A stretch of 64,000 nucleotides of DNA from Camelus dromedarius (GCF_036321535.1 NC_087436.1:103418001-103482000), one strand, 5' to 3'; shown: positions 25,415-38,058, numbered from the stretch's first letter. The notes: generated by a model not told the origin, from the sequence alone. Made by a program: numbers and translations.

Positions 25415-25549
25415 TTTTTTTTTTTTTGGTTGTGGGGGAGGTAATTAGGTTTATTTATTTATTTTAATGGAGGTACTGGGGATTGAACCCAGGACCTTGT
25501 GCATGAGAGACACATACTCTACAATCTACCACTAAGCTATACCCTCCCC
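25415..25549 (-). mobile_element. tRNA-derived camelid SINE (Vic-1 type)
   Basis: Minus strand GGGGAGGGTATAGCTTAGTGGTAG...GGTCCTGGGTTCAATCCCCAGTACCTCC with A and B boxes, (AAAT)n and poly-A. Confidence 0.9.
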
Positions 25550-25814
25550 CTGTATGTCTTCTGTGAAGTGTCTGTTAAGGTCTTTGCCCATTTTTAAATC
25601 TGGTTGTTTGCTTTCTCATTGTTGATTTTTAAGAATTCTTTGTATATTTTGGATAACTGTCCTTTATTAGATATGTCTTTTGCAAATATTTTCCCCCAGT
25701 CTGTGACTTGTCTTTTTATTCTCTGACAATATCTGCCACAGGGTAAAATTTTAAATTTTAATTACGTCTAGCTTTGCAGTTTTTACATGGATCATGCTTT
25801 GGTTACCTAGATAC

Positions 25815-26310
25815 TTTAAATAATCTCCTGCATGGTCTCCCTTGCTCAGCCCAGCCTAGCCCAGCCACTCTGCTGTTTTTGCTGTAAATCAAATGACACA
25901 ACTTTATTTCCTCCTCAAAGTCTTCGCATTTATAATTTCCTCTTCCTAGAACAAACTTATTCTCAAGCTTTCTTATGCCTTATGTATTTCTCAGATATCC
26001 TGTTAGATATTTCATTCAGGTCCCTGTTCAATAATTACCTTCTTGAAGTTTTCCTTAGTCTAACAATCTAAACACACCTGTATTATTTTCTATCCCTTTA
26101 TACTAAGGCCTTATTCTTTTCAGTATTTAAACTAGTGAATGATAGTAAATGTTTATTCTTCTATTTTTTCATTACCTGCAATACACTTGATTATAAGTTC
26201 TATGAAGGCAGAAATCTTTTCTAGCTTGACCACCACTCAAATGCCTTCTCAGGTGCCTGGAATATAGTAGAAGCTCACTAAATGTTTCTGAAAGAATGCA
26301 TGAAGTAATG
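25815..26310 (+). mobile_element. L2 LINE 3' part (probable continuation of 23040-24075)
   Basis: Ends 'ataagttctatgaaggcaga...gtgcctggaatatagtagaagctcactaaatgtttctgaaagaatgcatgaa'. Confidence 0.8.
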
Positions 26311-28244
26311 AATTGTGGATATCTTCTTATCTTTCCCATTAACAGAAACAAATACAGCATGCTATGGCTTAGTCATATACATATGCATTACACAGAATTC
26401 AATAATTCCAAATTTGTTTTTTAAAAAACAACACGATCAGCTGTTTTTCCTAAGCTTTGTTGTCTTGAAACTAGTTTTTTAAATTATCTAACATCTCTGC
26501 TTCCGCTTAAATGTTCTTATCTTGCTTATGTACCTTTTCTTAGGATTCACATGTGAGTAGGCACCTTCCACTGTGACTAGTTTGGGGTCTACTTCTATAT
26601 GGATCAGTGTTCACATTACAGAAATTCATAGCATCACAGCCTAACTTGCCATGTCCTGTAATTGCAGTACAACTTTTCTCAAGCGGATACAAGCTATTGT
26701 TTAGTATTCCTTTTAATGTGACACCACTGATAGCAAAATACTATCTTTAGAGAGCCTAGAAGAGCCAAACTCAGCTTGCCTTTACACTAATTGTCCCCAT
26801 AGGCTATGGTATGTTATTCATGCACGGAGTTACTGTAAGTGTTAATTTGGAATTTTAAATATCCTCCAGAGATCATCTCTGCTTTCTACTGTTACTGTAT
26901 TTTGGCATTTTTGCTGTTCTCTCAAATTCCATTTCTTCCTTGCAACCTCAGTTTTATGCTTCTAAATACTTCTGATATCTGCTGCCTTGCCTTTCATCTT
27001 CTTAGCATATGTACTGTTTTCACCTTTTATTTTTTTGAATGTTTGGCTTTTGTTTCTGACTTTGGGGATTGATTTGATAGTAATTACAATTCGAATGGTG
27101 TATTCGTTTTTTTCTGATTAATAAACCAAGCAATCGCATTGTCTTTGGTTCTCAGTAATTTTAACAGGCTTATCTCTTCAAGCTTGATTACATAAAGAAA
27201 GACAAATATTCAAATACAGAAAAACTAGAGAATTCCTATAGAATCATATCCAAAGCTCCTCATCTGAGCAATAAATGGTAACACAGAAAGTGATGGAGTT
27301 ATTTTTTTTTCCATTCCCCAAAATGGTTACATAACTTGCACTATTTTAGATGCATAGGAAGGAAGCTAATTAATTACACATGATGAGTGCTTAAGGCATT
27401 AACACCCATTTAATTTTCTCACAAAGCATCTTGGTTGAAAAAGATTTCTTTTTTTGTTTTTATTAGTAGATCTTTTTAGTCATAGAGTTAAAAAGAAATT
27501 CCAAAAAACAGTAAAACCATTCTTATCCCTGTCTGCATATATCTTTATAATCATTTCAGTCAATATGCTCAACACACAAAGAAATGTCTTCATCAATTTT
27601 TTAATACACACATTTGGGTTGAAAAATTCTTTCTACTGAGTTTTCAAATAAATATCAACCATTAATACAAAATGCTTGAAAAAATTAATAAAAAATTCAG
27701 AAGAGGTCATCAATTTTCTAGTTTTCCATTTCTTTTCTTTAGTTAAGCAGTAGAAATATACCGAGCAGCTCCATATGCAGTCTGTGGGGCAGGGGGACAA
27801 GGGTAAAGGCACACACATGCACAGTCATCACTGTAGATTCAAGGATTCTGTTTTCAGATCTGAATACAGAATCATCTCATTTAGAAATAAAAGAGATGTC
27901 CAACTGGCTTATCAACACGTACCGTAAAATAAATTCGAAATCAGAAAATATTTCCTCCTCTTTCTTTCCTTTGTTTCCTTTATTGAAGAACTACAGTCCT
28001 TACTAAATAATAGCAATAGTAATAATAACAGCAAAATATTTACTGATCTAATTATTTTCTATGCATCATGCCTTTAGTGGTTTATGTAAATCTCACCCCG
28101 AAAGTCTTGTCATTTATACCTTTAACTCCCTTGAACTCATTACACATCACTGTGCAGAATTAAGAAAAAAAAGAGAAAGATAAACTTTAATATAAGTGCA
28201 ATAGATGATAAGTTCCAACATTCCAAAGAGTATATGACATACAG

Positions 28245-28534
28245 CAGCTCTGTCCAAGAGAAATAGTAAGACACAAATGCAAGCCGCATATATAAGTTTA
28301 AATTTTCAAAAAGTCACATTAAGGAAAGTGAAAGAGTTCAAATCAATCCTAGATCTTTTTTTAAAATTGAAGTATAGTTGACTTACAATATTATATTAGT
28401 TGCAGATGTACAGTTATAGATCTTATTCACTAAAATTGCCCAGATGGCATCATGTCAATATGTAATTAATATAAAAATGACTGAGATAATTTACATTATC
28501 TTTTTCATACTATGTCTTCAAAATCTGGTGTTCA
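28245..28534. mobile_element. MER33-like hAT MITE (left part; right end at 30201-30233)
   Basis: 'cagctctgtccaagagaaat...gcaagccgcatatat...tgagataatttacattatctttttcatactatgtcttcaaaatctggtg'; the terminus 'gtattggacaccac' reappears after the L1. Confidence 0.75.
28358..28416 (-). mobile_element. Extremely 5'-truncated L1 (59 bp) with TSD tagatctt
   Basis: 'tttttaaaattgaagtatagttgacttacaatattatattagttgcagatgtacag' flanked by tagatctt at 28350-28357 and 28417-28424. Confidence 0.8.
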
Positions 28535-30200
28535 TTTTTTCCCTTTTTTAATTGAAGTACAGTTGATTTACAATGTTGTGTTAATTTCTCATGTATAGCA
28601 TAGTGATACACTTATACATATATACATATGTATATTTCCTTTCATATGCTTTTTCTTTATAAGCCATTACAAGGTATTGAATATAGTTCCGAACTTCCAA
28701 TTTATCCCTTCCCACTATCTTCCCCTCCTGGTAGCCATAGTTTGTTTTCTGTCTGTGAGTCCATCTCTGTTTTGTAAATAAGTTTATTTGTGTCCTAATT
28801 TTTTTTTTTTAGATTCCACATATAATTGATATCACATGATGTTTTTCTTTCTCTTTCTAGCTTATTTCAGTTAATATGATGATCTCCATGTCCATTCATG
28901 TTGCTGCAAAATGACATTATTTTATTATTTCTTATGGCTAAGTAGTATTCCATTGTATATACATGTATCTCACAACTTCTTTATCCAGTCATCTGCCAAT
29001 GAACATTTAGGTTTTTTCCCTGTCTTGGCTATTGTAAATAGTGCCACAGGGAACACTGGGGTGCACGTATCTTTTCAAATTAGAGTTCCTCTGGATACAT
29101 GCCCAGGAGTGGGATTGCTGAATCATAGGGTAAATCTATTTTCAGTTTTTTAAGGAATCTCCATACTGTTTTCCATAATTGCTGCACTAAAGTCCCTTCC
29201 TACCAACAGTGTAGGAAGGTTCCCTTTTCTCCACACTTGCTCCAACATTTATTGTTTGTGGACTTTTTAATGAGGACCATTCTGAGTGGTGTGAGGTGAT
29301 ACCTCATTATAGTTTTGATTTGCATTTCTCTGATAATTAGCAATATTGAGCATATTTTCATGTGCCTATTAGCTATTTGTATGTCTTCACTAGAGAATTG
29401 CTTATTTAGGTCTTCTGCCCATCTTTGGATTAGACTTTTTTTTTTTTTAATTAAGTTGTATGAACTGTTTATATATTCTGGAAATTAAGCCTTTGTCAGT
29501 CACGTCATTTGCAGATATTTTCTCCCATTCTGTAGATTGTCTTTTTGTTTTATGGCTTCCTTTGCTGTGCAAAAGCTTACTGGGAAAATGTTGCTATGAT
29601 TTATATCAGAGAATGTTTTGCCTATGTTCTCTTCTAGGAGGTTTATGGTGTCTTGTCTTATGTTTAAGTCTTTAAGCCATTTGAGTTTATTTTTGTGAAT
29701 GTTTTTAAGAGAGTGTTCTAATTTCATTGATTTACTGTGGCTGTCCAGTTTTTCCAACACCACTTGTCAAAGAGACTGTCTTTTCTCCACTGTATGTTCC
29801 TGCCTCCTTTGTTTAAGATTAATTGACCATAAGTGTGTGGATTCATTTCTGGGCTCTCTATTCTGATCCACTGATCATATGGATCTGTTTTTGTGCCAGT
29901 ATCATGCTGTTTTGATTATTATAGCTTTGCAGTATTGTCTGAAGTCTGGGAGGGTTATTCCTCCAGCTTCATTCTTTTTCTTTAGTATTGCTTTGACAAT
30001 TCTGGTTTTTTTGTGATTCCATATAAGTTTTAGGATTATTTGTTCCAGTTCTGTGAAAACTGCCCTAGGTTATTTGATAGGGATAGCATTAAATCTATAG
30101 ATTGTTTTGGGTAGTATGGCCATTTTAACTGTATTAATTCTTCCAGTCCAAGAGCATGGGATATCATTCCATTTCTTTAAGTCATCTTTAATTTCCTTAA
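28535..30200 (-). mobile_element. Young L1, 5'-truncated (~1.7 kb, ORF2 3' part plus 3' UTR)
   Basis: Minus ORF 29500-29763 'KNKLKWLKDLNIRQDTINLLEENIGKTFSDINHSNIF' is L1 ORF2; 3' UTR and T-tail at the left end. Confidence 0.95.
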
Positions 30201-30329
30201 ATGTGTCCAGTAACTCCTGTATTGGACACCACAACTCTACATTGAAAAGGGATTAGAAAATTAGATTTGTTGTTCCCTTTGCAAATCATATTATATTACA
30301 TGACATCATAATGCATATAGTTACATGTG

Positions 30330-30432
30330 ATTATATTATATATACAGTAATATATATGTGGATGTTTTTAGGTGTGTGTGTATACATATAAATATGTATA
30401 TATGTATATATGCATATGTATATGCATAACAT
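30330..30432. repeat. (TA)/(TATG)-rich low-complexity tract
   Basis: tatatatgtgg...gtgtgtgtatacatataaatatgtatatatgtatatatgcatatgtatatgcat. Confidence 0.7.
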
Positions 30433-30657
30433 GCTTATAAATACAAATCAATTTTCATCTACTACTCAATTTTTTAAAATGCAGTTGTTAGTGTTATTTC
30501 TAAGGAAAGAAAACATGCAATCTAATTAACACTGAAATAAAAATGCTGTGTTGGAGTTAAACGTGTTGGACTTCATCAAGATGTTTACACTTCTTAAGAT
30601 TTCTACAAGAGTTCGGTTAATCATATGTAAATTTTTTGTTTTTCAGTGAGATTAGCC

Positions 30658-30855
30658 CAGTGGTTCTCAATTCACCCCTCTCCTCACCCATCTTCAATTG
30701 TCAAGATTTGAGGGGTGCTTACTGGCATCTAGTGTGGGAGAAAGCAGGGACACTGCTGAATATCCTACAGTGTCCTGGCTAGGCCCCTGTTAACTGGTAA
30801 AAGCAAAGAATTATTTAGCCCAAAGTATCAATACTACTGAGTTTCAAATACCTTA
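30658..30855. mobile_element. MER20 hAT MITE
   Basis: 'cagtggttctcaa...ctggcatctagtg...ctgctgaatatcctacagtg...caaagaattatttagcccaaa'. Confidence 0.8.
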
Positions 30856-30909
30856 GTTAAGACCCTATGTGCTTTGTAAAAAAAAAAATTCAATATTTTG
30901 TTATGATTG

Positions 30910-31055
30910 TCACTTCAAAGGTGAGAACACAAGTTCAGAGATTGTAAGTAATTTGCCCCAAATCCCAATAACTTCTCAGTGGCAGAGCCAGGGTCAAATT
31001 CAGGCCTGTCAGATTCATATCTAGAGCTCTTGTTCCTATTCCGTAGAACAGTGCT
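30910..31055 (-). mobile_element. MIR SINE
   Basis: 'aagtaatttgccccaaatccca...cagtggcagagccagggtcaaattcaggcctgtcagattc'. Confidence 0.75.
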
Positions 31056-31214
31056 GTTCATACTCCACGTGTTAAAGTTCATGTTTTTTCTTAAGTTTTG
31101 TTTGTAATTTTCAGTCCTTCATAAACTTATACTTTTGTGGGAAAACCCAGTATAATAATAATTGATTGCAAAATAAAGTAAAAATAAAAAGAATTCAAAA
31201 TACACCCCTCTGTT

Positions 31215-31220
31215 TTTATT
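31215..31220 (-). other. Candidate poly(A) signal of a minus-strand transcript
   Basis: Minus strand AATAAA followed by AACAGAGGGGTGTATTTTGAATTCTTTTTATTTTTACTTTATTTT, a GU/U-rich downstream element, in non-repeat sequence. Confidence 0.4.
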
Positions 31221-32103
31221 GGTAGAAATGACAATGTTAACCTGTCCAAAGACTATAAAAGTTTCTCAGTGTTTACTCTCAGTTTCCGTACTTCTATTGT
31301 TGCTGATCTGTAAAAATTTCAAGGTCAGTACAAGCTTCACACCAACATTTGAGTAGCACTGCAATAAAGCATATTGGAAATTACACTACTTCTTTAACTA
31401 AGAACAAAGTTTATAAAGATTATTATATCAATTACAGGTTTTTTATAATGAAGCTTCAGTTTTATTTTCAAGCAGTATTCTTCAATTCACTCAAAAAAAA
31501 AAAAAAACAAACTAGTTTCCTCCAAGAAAACAAAACAACAGGAAAAAATAAGGTTTATGTGGATATCAAAACAGACATTACTGTTAGATCTAAGATGTAC
31601 ATATTTTAAAAGGATGGCTCCTTTACTGGAAGTACAAAATGTTAAAAGACACAAAAAGGAGATTTGCAAACATACTTTGTTTAAAAAATCTAACAGCTCT
31701 AAACAGTTCTTCCAAAGGAGTAACAATTACCTATAACCAGGAAAGTAATGCTAATTTTTAATTACACTATAAACGCTTTGCTTTTATATCATGTTATTCT
31801 ACTTGACAGCATTAAACCTCACTTAGCTGTAGTCTCAATGTTCCATTCTCTTAGAGATTCACTATGTACATTAATTTTACTGTTATGGAAGGAGCAAAGC
31901 CATTAATACCAGATAAGAGCCACTGGGAAGCTTCAGACAACGTTCACGTTGTTCCTGCAGAATTTACAAAGCCTCCTCAGAATCATCTGCTGGCACGATC
32001 AAAATCATTAAATCAGTATTACTCTGGCATGTAAAGGTAATTTGATTTTGTGAACTTTTTTATAAAAAAAAAAAACAGAAGACTAGATTCTCTGATAGAT
32101 GAT

Positions 32104-32496
32104 CATTATGAGTGGAATTGTCTCCTCCAAAATTCATATGATAGAAAGTCCAAACCCCCTGTGCCTCAGATATGACTGCAGATAGAGACAGGGTGTTTAA
32201 TGAGTAAAATGAGGTCAGATGGGTGGGCCCTGATGCAGTAGGACTGTTGTCCTTATAAGAAGAGAGTAAGACACAGATATGTGTGTACACAGAGGAAAGA
32301 CATTAGAGGACACAGGAAAAAAAGTGACAAGGAGGTTATCGACAAGCCAAGGAGAGAGGCGTTAGGAGAAACCAAGCCTTTCAACTTTTCATGATCTTGA
32401 ACTTTTAGCTTCCACAGCTGTGAGAAAATAAATTTCTGTTAGTTAAGCTACCCAGGCTGTCATATTTTGTCATAGCAACCCCAGAAAATGAATACA
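32104..32496 (+). mobile_element. MaLR solo LTR (MLT1A/B-like) with 5-bp TSD
   Basis: 'ttatgagtggaattgtctcctccaaaattcatatg...ctgtgagaaaataaatttctgtt...aatgaataca'; TSD atgat at 32099-32103 and 32497-32501. Confidence 0.9.
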
Positions 32497-32560
32497 ATGA
32501 TTTAAAAACTTTTAGCAAATGATAAGGAAAAAAATCAGCCAAGTCATTAATCCCTTTATA

Positions 32561-33063
32561 CAGATCTTCCTCGATTTACCATGGGGTACATCCTGATAAA
32601 CCCAGAATAAGTTGAAAACACCCTAAGTCAAAAGTGCATTTAATACACCTACCCTAATGAACATCATAGCTTAGCTTAGCCTAGCCTACCTTAAACGTGC
32701 TCAGAACACTGACATTAGCCTACAGTAGAGCAAAATCATCTAACACAAGCCTATTTTAGAACAAAGTGTGGAATATCTCATGAAATTTATTGAATACTGC
32801 ACTGAAAGTGAAAAACAGAATGGTTGTCTGGGTATGTAGAGGTTGTAAGTGTATCAGTGGTTTACCCTCTTGATCACGTGGCTGACTGGGAGCTACGGCT
32901 CACTGCCACTGCCCAGCATGAGAAAGGAGTATGGAACGGCATATCACTAGCCCAGAAACATTTAAAATTCAATGTGCAGTTTCTACTGAATGCTTATCAC
33001 TTCTGCACCATTGTAAAATTGAATAATCTTAAGTTAAACCATCATTAAGCTGGGGACCATCTG
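32561..33063. mobile_element. Tigger5/MER47-family MITE
   Basis: TA-cagatcttcctcgatttacc ... aagctggggaccatctg-TA (terminal inverted repeats plus TA duplication); internal 'catcatagcttagc...ctaccttaaacgtgctcagaacact'. Confidence 0.9.
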
Positions 33064-35269
33064 TATAAGGAAAACATTGAAAATGACTTAAAACTTGGTA
33101 TTACACATCATCAATTAAAGTTACTAAACGCACAGAGGAAACAGTGAGATGCAAATACTAAATATTAATTACACACAAAATATTCTTTAAAACATTAAAC
33201 ATATTTTAAGATGCATTGTCAACATGAATCACTTCACTAATGATTCACGTAATTCTCACTGGAAAAATATTAAATCCAAAATCACATTCAACAAATTTAA
33301 ACAAAATATGTAAATAATGTGAGCACGAATTTTGGAAGGAAAAATTGTGCCTGAATAAAATCAACAGTGTAAACTACTGGAATCATGTGGTTTAAGAAAA
33401 CATTCAATGATAACAAAGATAAAACTGAATAATTTATTGGATATATTAAAATAATCCATTATCAATTTAAATCTACTGATATAAAAAATATTCTTAATAC
33501 TTGCAGTGATTGAGGGATTTATTTTTTCTGGATTTAACCCTCTGTAGCTAAATTTGATAAAGCATTCTCTGAATAAATGACATCTGGAAACAGTTTCTAA
33601 TACTACAAGTCATATTTTCCCTGATGCAATATGTGAGAACTTAATCAATGAAATATCAGAGATAGCATTATTCATAGTTTGAAATTTTCTCATTGAGTAA
33701 TAATTGGTGAATAACTGGTATGTTTTAGCTCTAAAAAAGGATAAAAAACTGTGGAAAAGAAAGTTACCTACACTGATGACTCCATTGGCAAGGCTAGTAT
33801 TTTCATTAATTGGATTTTCTTAATTTAACATCCTATGTTGCAAATGGAGCAAAGATCCTAAATTTTGGTATGAATTTAATTCTCTCAGCAAACCCAGTAA
33901 AACACATGTAATCTATTATAGCACCTGCATTTTAGGAAATAACTTTGTCTTTTTAAGACAAAGCTAGAAAGATAAAACATTAAATCAATTATTTCAGACA
34001 TCACAACTTTTCATTTCAGTGCCTACATTATTCTTCAATTCATTTTCTTTAAAGCATTTTAATTGAGCCAATGTCTAAATATTATCCTGGCATTTTCTTA
34101 AAAATAGGAATTTGTTAATTCATCAAAACCAGTAAGAAATATACCACTTTTACAACAACTTTCTTACTTTACTCCAAGTTTATTTCGAGCAGTACTAAAT
34201 ACCGTAAAATACCTTCAGAAATAGGAATACGTCATTCCAATGCTCGGTATCACATTCATTCTCGGATGTCTAAACTGCCATTGATTTGGTTATTTTCTCT
34301 AAGCTTAGAAGAATTTAAGTTCAAATATGAAGGTGACTGCATGCAACAGAGATGTTGTTCTAATAAGACAAATCATCAGTTTCTGCATAGCATCTTTTCC
34401 CTTGTCATATGGCTTTCAGTGTTCACATTGCCTTATAGTGTTCATGAATGATAATTTTTTGTGAGCAACAATAAAGACTAGCATTCACATATTAAGAAAA
34501 TGCAAACAGAAGGCATCTGCTTTACAGTGAATTTTTTAAAATGCATTTTTGGGTAAAATGCAACTTTTCTCCCCAACTTATTTTTTCCTGGATTAATGTT
34601 ATTAGGTTTGAACATTCAATTTTTGCAGCTATATCAATAACATAATAGCAGTAGTACTAGTTAAATTATAAACACTCTTTCTAGGGCAATGAGGCAAAAT
34701 GTAAAATAATTACAAGATTCATTTATAAAAACTTTGAGTTCCTGCTAAGCTAAAGACTAGCTAATATGATCATTATAAAATTATATAAATAATTATTTCA
34801 GGGGCTTCCATCTTAAGCTGTCCACTGACTCCATAGATTTGGAGTGGGCTTGAGAACACGCATTTAAAAACAAAACGCATCTCAACTCTAGTTATTGACT
34901 AGTCTGAGATCAGTGTCCTGGACTCACACCACAAAACGCAGCATGATTTCACCTGTTTTGAATTGTGAGTGGGCTTAGGTGGTGAGAATCTTGAACCTTA
35001 TTTTCTAGGCTAATCCACGATATTCAATGAGACTCCCAATTTCTTCTCTCCTTTCTACTTCAAAATGGTTCCCTTCTATTTTTTTTTCTCCTAGTTCTAT
35101 ACAAAAAGTAGATTTTTCTTTTTCTAGCCAAAACTAACGTGCACCTCCTGTATTCTTGATCCTGCTCCACTTCCTCATCCTCTAGAAAGATATTCCATTA
35201 ATCAATCCTCTCTCACTTATATCTGAAATTTCCACGCCTTCCTGTCTTTAATATTCATTTTCCAGTCTT

Positions 35270-35428
35270 TTATTCATTCATTCATTGAACATTTTTTGAC
35301 CACTTACTCTCTGCTGAGCACAGTGTCAGACACTAGAGGTACAGTGATGAACAGGACAGACACAATCTCCGCTCACACCAGTGTCACATTTGGAGGTGGG
35401 GAGCATTGTATGGACAAGTAAATAAACG
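35270..35428 (-). mobile_element. L2 3' end
   Basis: 'tattcattcattcattgaacattttttgaccacttact...tacagtgatgaacaggacagacacaatc'. Confidence 0.8.
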
Positions 35429-35429
35429 A

Positions 35430-35582
35430 GTTCAAAGTGTAGTGTTTGGAATGGCAGCACTGATGTCATCTCTGAGGATGTTAGAAATGCAGACTCCCTG
35501 GCCCTACCATAGATTTCCTGAATCAGAATCTGATCAGATCCCGCAGTGATGTGTGTACACATAGAACCTTGAGAAGAACTGT
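35430..35582. mobile_element. MER5A1-like hAT MITE
   Basis: 'tcaaagtgtag...gttagaaatgcagactcc...ctgaatcagaatctg...ttgagaagaactg'. Confidence 0.8.
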
Positions 35583-35859
35583 AACAGAGGAAATTAAGGG
35601 CCTCAACCAAAGTTTGTAAACATTCACAGGTCTCTGCTACCTAAAATAAATACATATTTTTTCCCTAAATCTGCATTTTCCTCAAGCCAGATTTCTCAGT
35701 TCAGACTTTTTCTGCCATTTCCCCCAGTTTGTGTTTCTATCAACTGTACTCTTCACCATTTCAAGTACACTTGATTTTTTGCAGCTTTTATTTTTCTAGT
35801 TTCTCTCTAAATCTGGACTGTACCTGTCAAGTTCCCTCTTGAATAATACTGTTAGCAGT

Positions 35860-36050
35860 AGTAATAATGATGTCAGTTAACTTTCTGAGGACATACTAGG
35901 TGCCAAGCACTCTTCTAAAAGCGCCACATTTATCAGTTACTCACACTCACAGCACCGTTAGAGGAAGGTACTATGGTACTATTACTAACCTCATTTTACA
36001 CATGAGGAACCATGGCAGAGAGGTCTAGTAATAACCACCCAACTACAAAG
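35860..36050 (-). mobile_element. MIR SINE
   Basis: 'gtgccaagcactcttctaaaagc...cctcattttacacatgaggaaccatggcagagagg'. Confidence 0.75.
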
Positions 36051-38058
36051 CCTTTCCCTGATCTGTTAGTGGGACACACGTCATTTCTCCTCTCTGTGCT
36101 TTGCGTAAGGAACTTGATACTCCTAACCAGTGGCTGTGTCCAAATGTCTCTCATGACACTTCTACTACACATTAATCTCTTCCCACTGTGCATTAATGTC
36201 CATCAAGACTTACATATTTCACATCCACTGCACATAATTCCACAGGATTAACAACACACCAAGTGTTCAAATATTACTGCAGGACTGACTAATCTAGTAT
36301 GTGATACTGGATGTTTCCAGACATCAAATATTATGTGTCAGAAATAGAAGCAGCAGCATATGAGGTAGGATTTACTCTGCAGTGTGGTTACAACAATGAC
36401 TTAGATGTTCCTTTAGAAATTGTTTTATTTTCTATTTCTAACAATGAAATTTTGTATCAGTAACAACGTGTTACTTTCACTTATTTTTTCTCAATCATTA
36501 CTGGTTTTTTAAATCACTTTTACGTCCTCTCCTTATGAAATTCAATGAAAAGAAGTTATCCCAGAGTTTGTGTGGTCTAGCTGGCTGGCAGAATGTGAGC
36601 CAATAACACCCTAAGGAGCTCCAACTCTAAAGAGCACATGCAAACAGATTACTATGCGTGTAATTAGTGAGAGGGTAGAACTGGCCGGCCAGGGAGAGGG
36701 AGTCATGGCATCTAGTGATGGCTTTCTGGAAGAGGGATGGGGCAAATATTGAAAGTCTGTGAAAGTGTTGACGTTTAAGGCAGACTAAGAAAACTGATGG
36801 TGGTGGTACATGCAGACAGGTGTACCCAAAGAGGAATAACAAAATGAATCAGATCATGCATAGATGGAATCATGTAACAATCTGTGGTTTTAAGAAACTC
36901 ACAGAGTTTACAGTGCTGCTATATGTGTGTATTTGGTGGGAAGTAGTGAATGAGGGCACCAGGCAATAAAGATGCCCATGTAGGTAGAGACCAGTTCACA
37001 AAGAATCCAAAGTTTGGGGGCCTATGTGGTTCAACTTGTATTGACATAATCAGTTTCCTGGCCAATATTTATGTGTTTAATAAAATATTTCATTTACATA
37101 AATTTATTTGTATAAATTACAGTTGAAAATTGTGACAACCTGCTAAATGAAATTTCAGATTAGAGACACAAAGTTAAATCATATTTTGTTTTCATTAATA
37201 TTCCATGCCTTTTTAAAACATGGACAGATTTTTGTTTTGTTTTGTTTTGAGTATGAATCAGTAGATGAAATTCCTAGAAGCCACCCCAAACCATCACTGA
37301 GGACAGTGAATTTTAACTAATGTACCCATGGCTCCTGGAATAGCCTGGCAACAAAGTGTTGTTAGATAATTTTTAATAGTTTTAATTTTCCTACTTGTTT
37401 TTGTATAATAATCCAAATAATGAATGCAGGATTCTATAAAACAAACTCATGGAGGACTTAGAGCAATGACTCTGCAATTTCATGATTTAATAAAAATATT
37501 GATATAAATATTATTATATGGATCTTTTTAGTATATGGTCATCTTTCAGAATTATAAACTCTTTCCACCTTTATTTTCCTTTGGTCAAATGTTACAAAAT
37601 ATTTGGCTGTTTTAGGTGAAATATATTTTTCTAAGAGTAGCATAATAATTTAACAACTTGACCAATAACAGATAAACTATTCAAATTATTATCAGTTCTA
37701 AGGAAGATAAAAATATAATACCCTTGAACAAGTATAACACATTTTACATTCTAATGAGTAAGAATTATATGCAAATTCATTTTGTGGGTATGGGAGTAAT
37801 TCTCATGGAATAATATATCCATGTAAGATTATTTTATAGCAAAATAGCTTATAAAATACTTGATATAAAATTTTGCATACCACTGGTGGAAGACAGAAAG
37901 TATACATTTTTGGTTATTGTCATTAACATTTGGGTCAAGTGTGCTTTTAGAGACTCATCATTCTTTCTCCTCTGTTCTGAGTTATCTCATATGTAGCCAT
38001 AGACATGGAAGTACAAAAGCAAATGAGCCAAGTGTTATGAAAAAGAAGTCATGAGATA

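Larger units (their letters stand above)
24080..25810 (-). mobile_element. Old L1 (L1MC-like) 3' part, interrupted at 25026-25549
   Basis: Antisense L1 3' UTR and ORF2 end; minus ORF 24623-24853 gives 'LWKTVWQFLTKLNILLPYDPA', an ORF2 C-terminal motif. Confidence 0.9.

Noticed and set aside
34258..34360. Minus-strand frame ...MQSPSYLNLNSSKLRENNQINGSLDIRE* as a last coding exon
   Set aside because: Modest acceptor and no recognisable homology; more simply read as UTR-like sequence.
36214..36276. Another 63-nt minus-strand exon candidate with GTAAGT donor
   Set aside because: All frames contain stops, and the acceptor has several upstream AGs and no pyrimidine tract.
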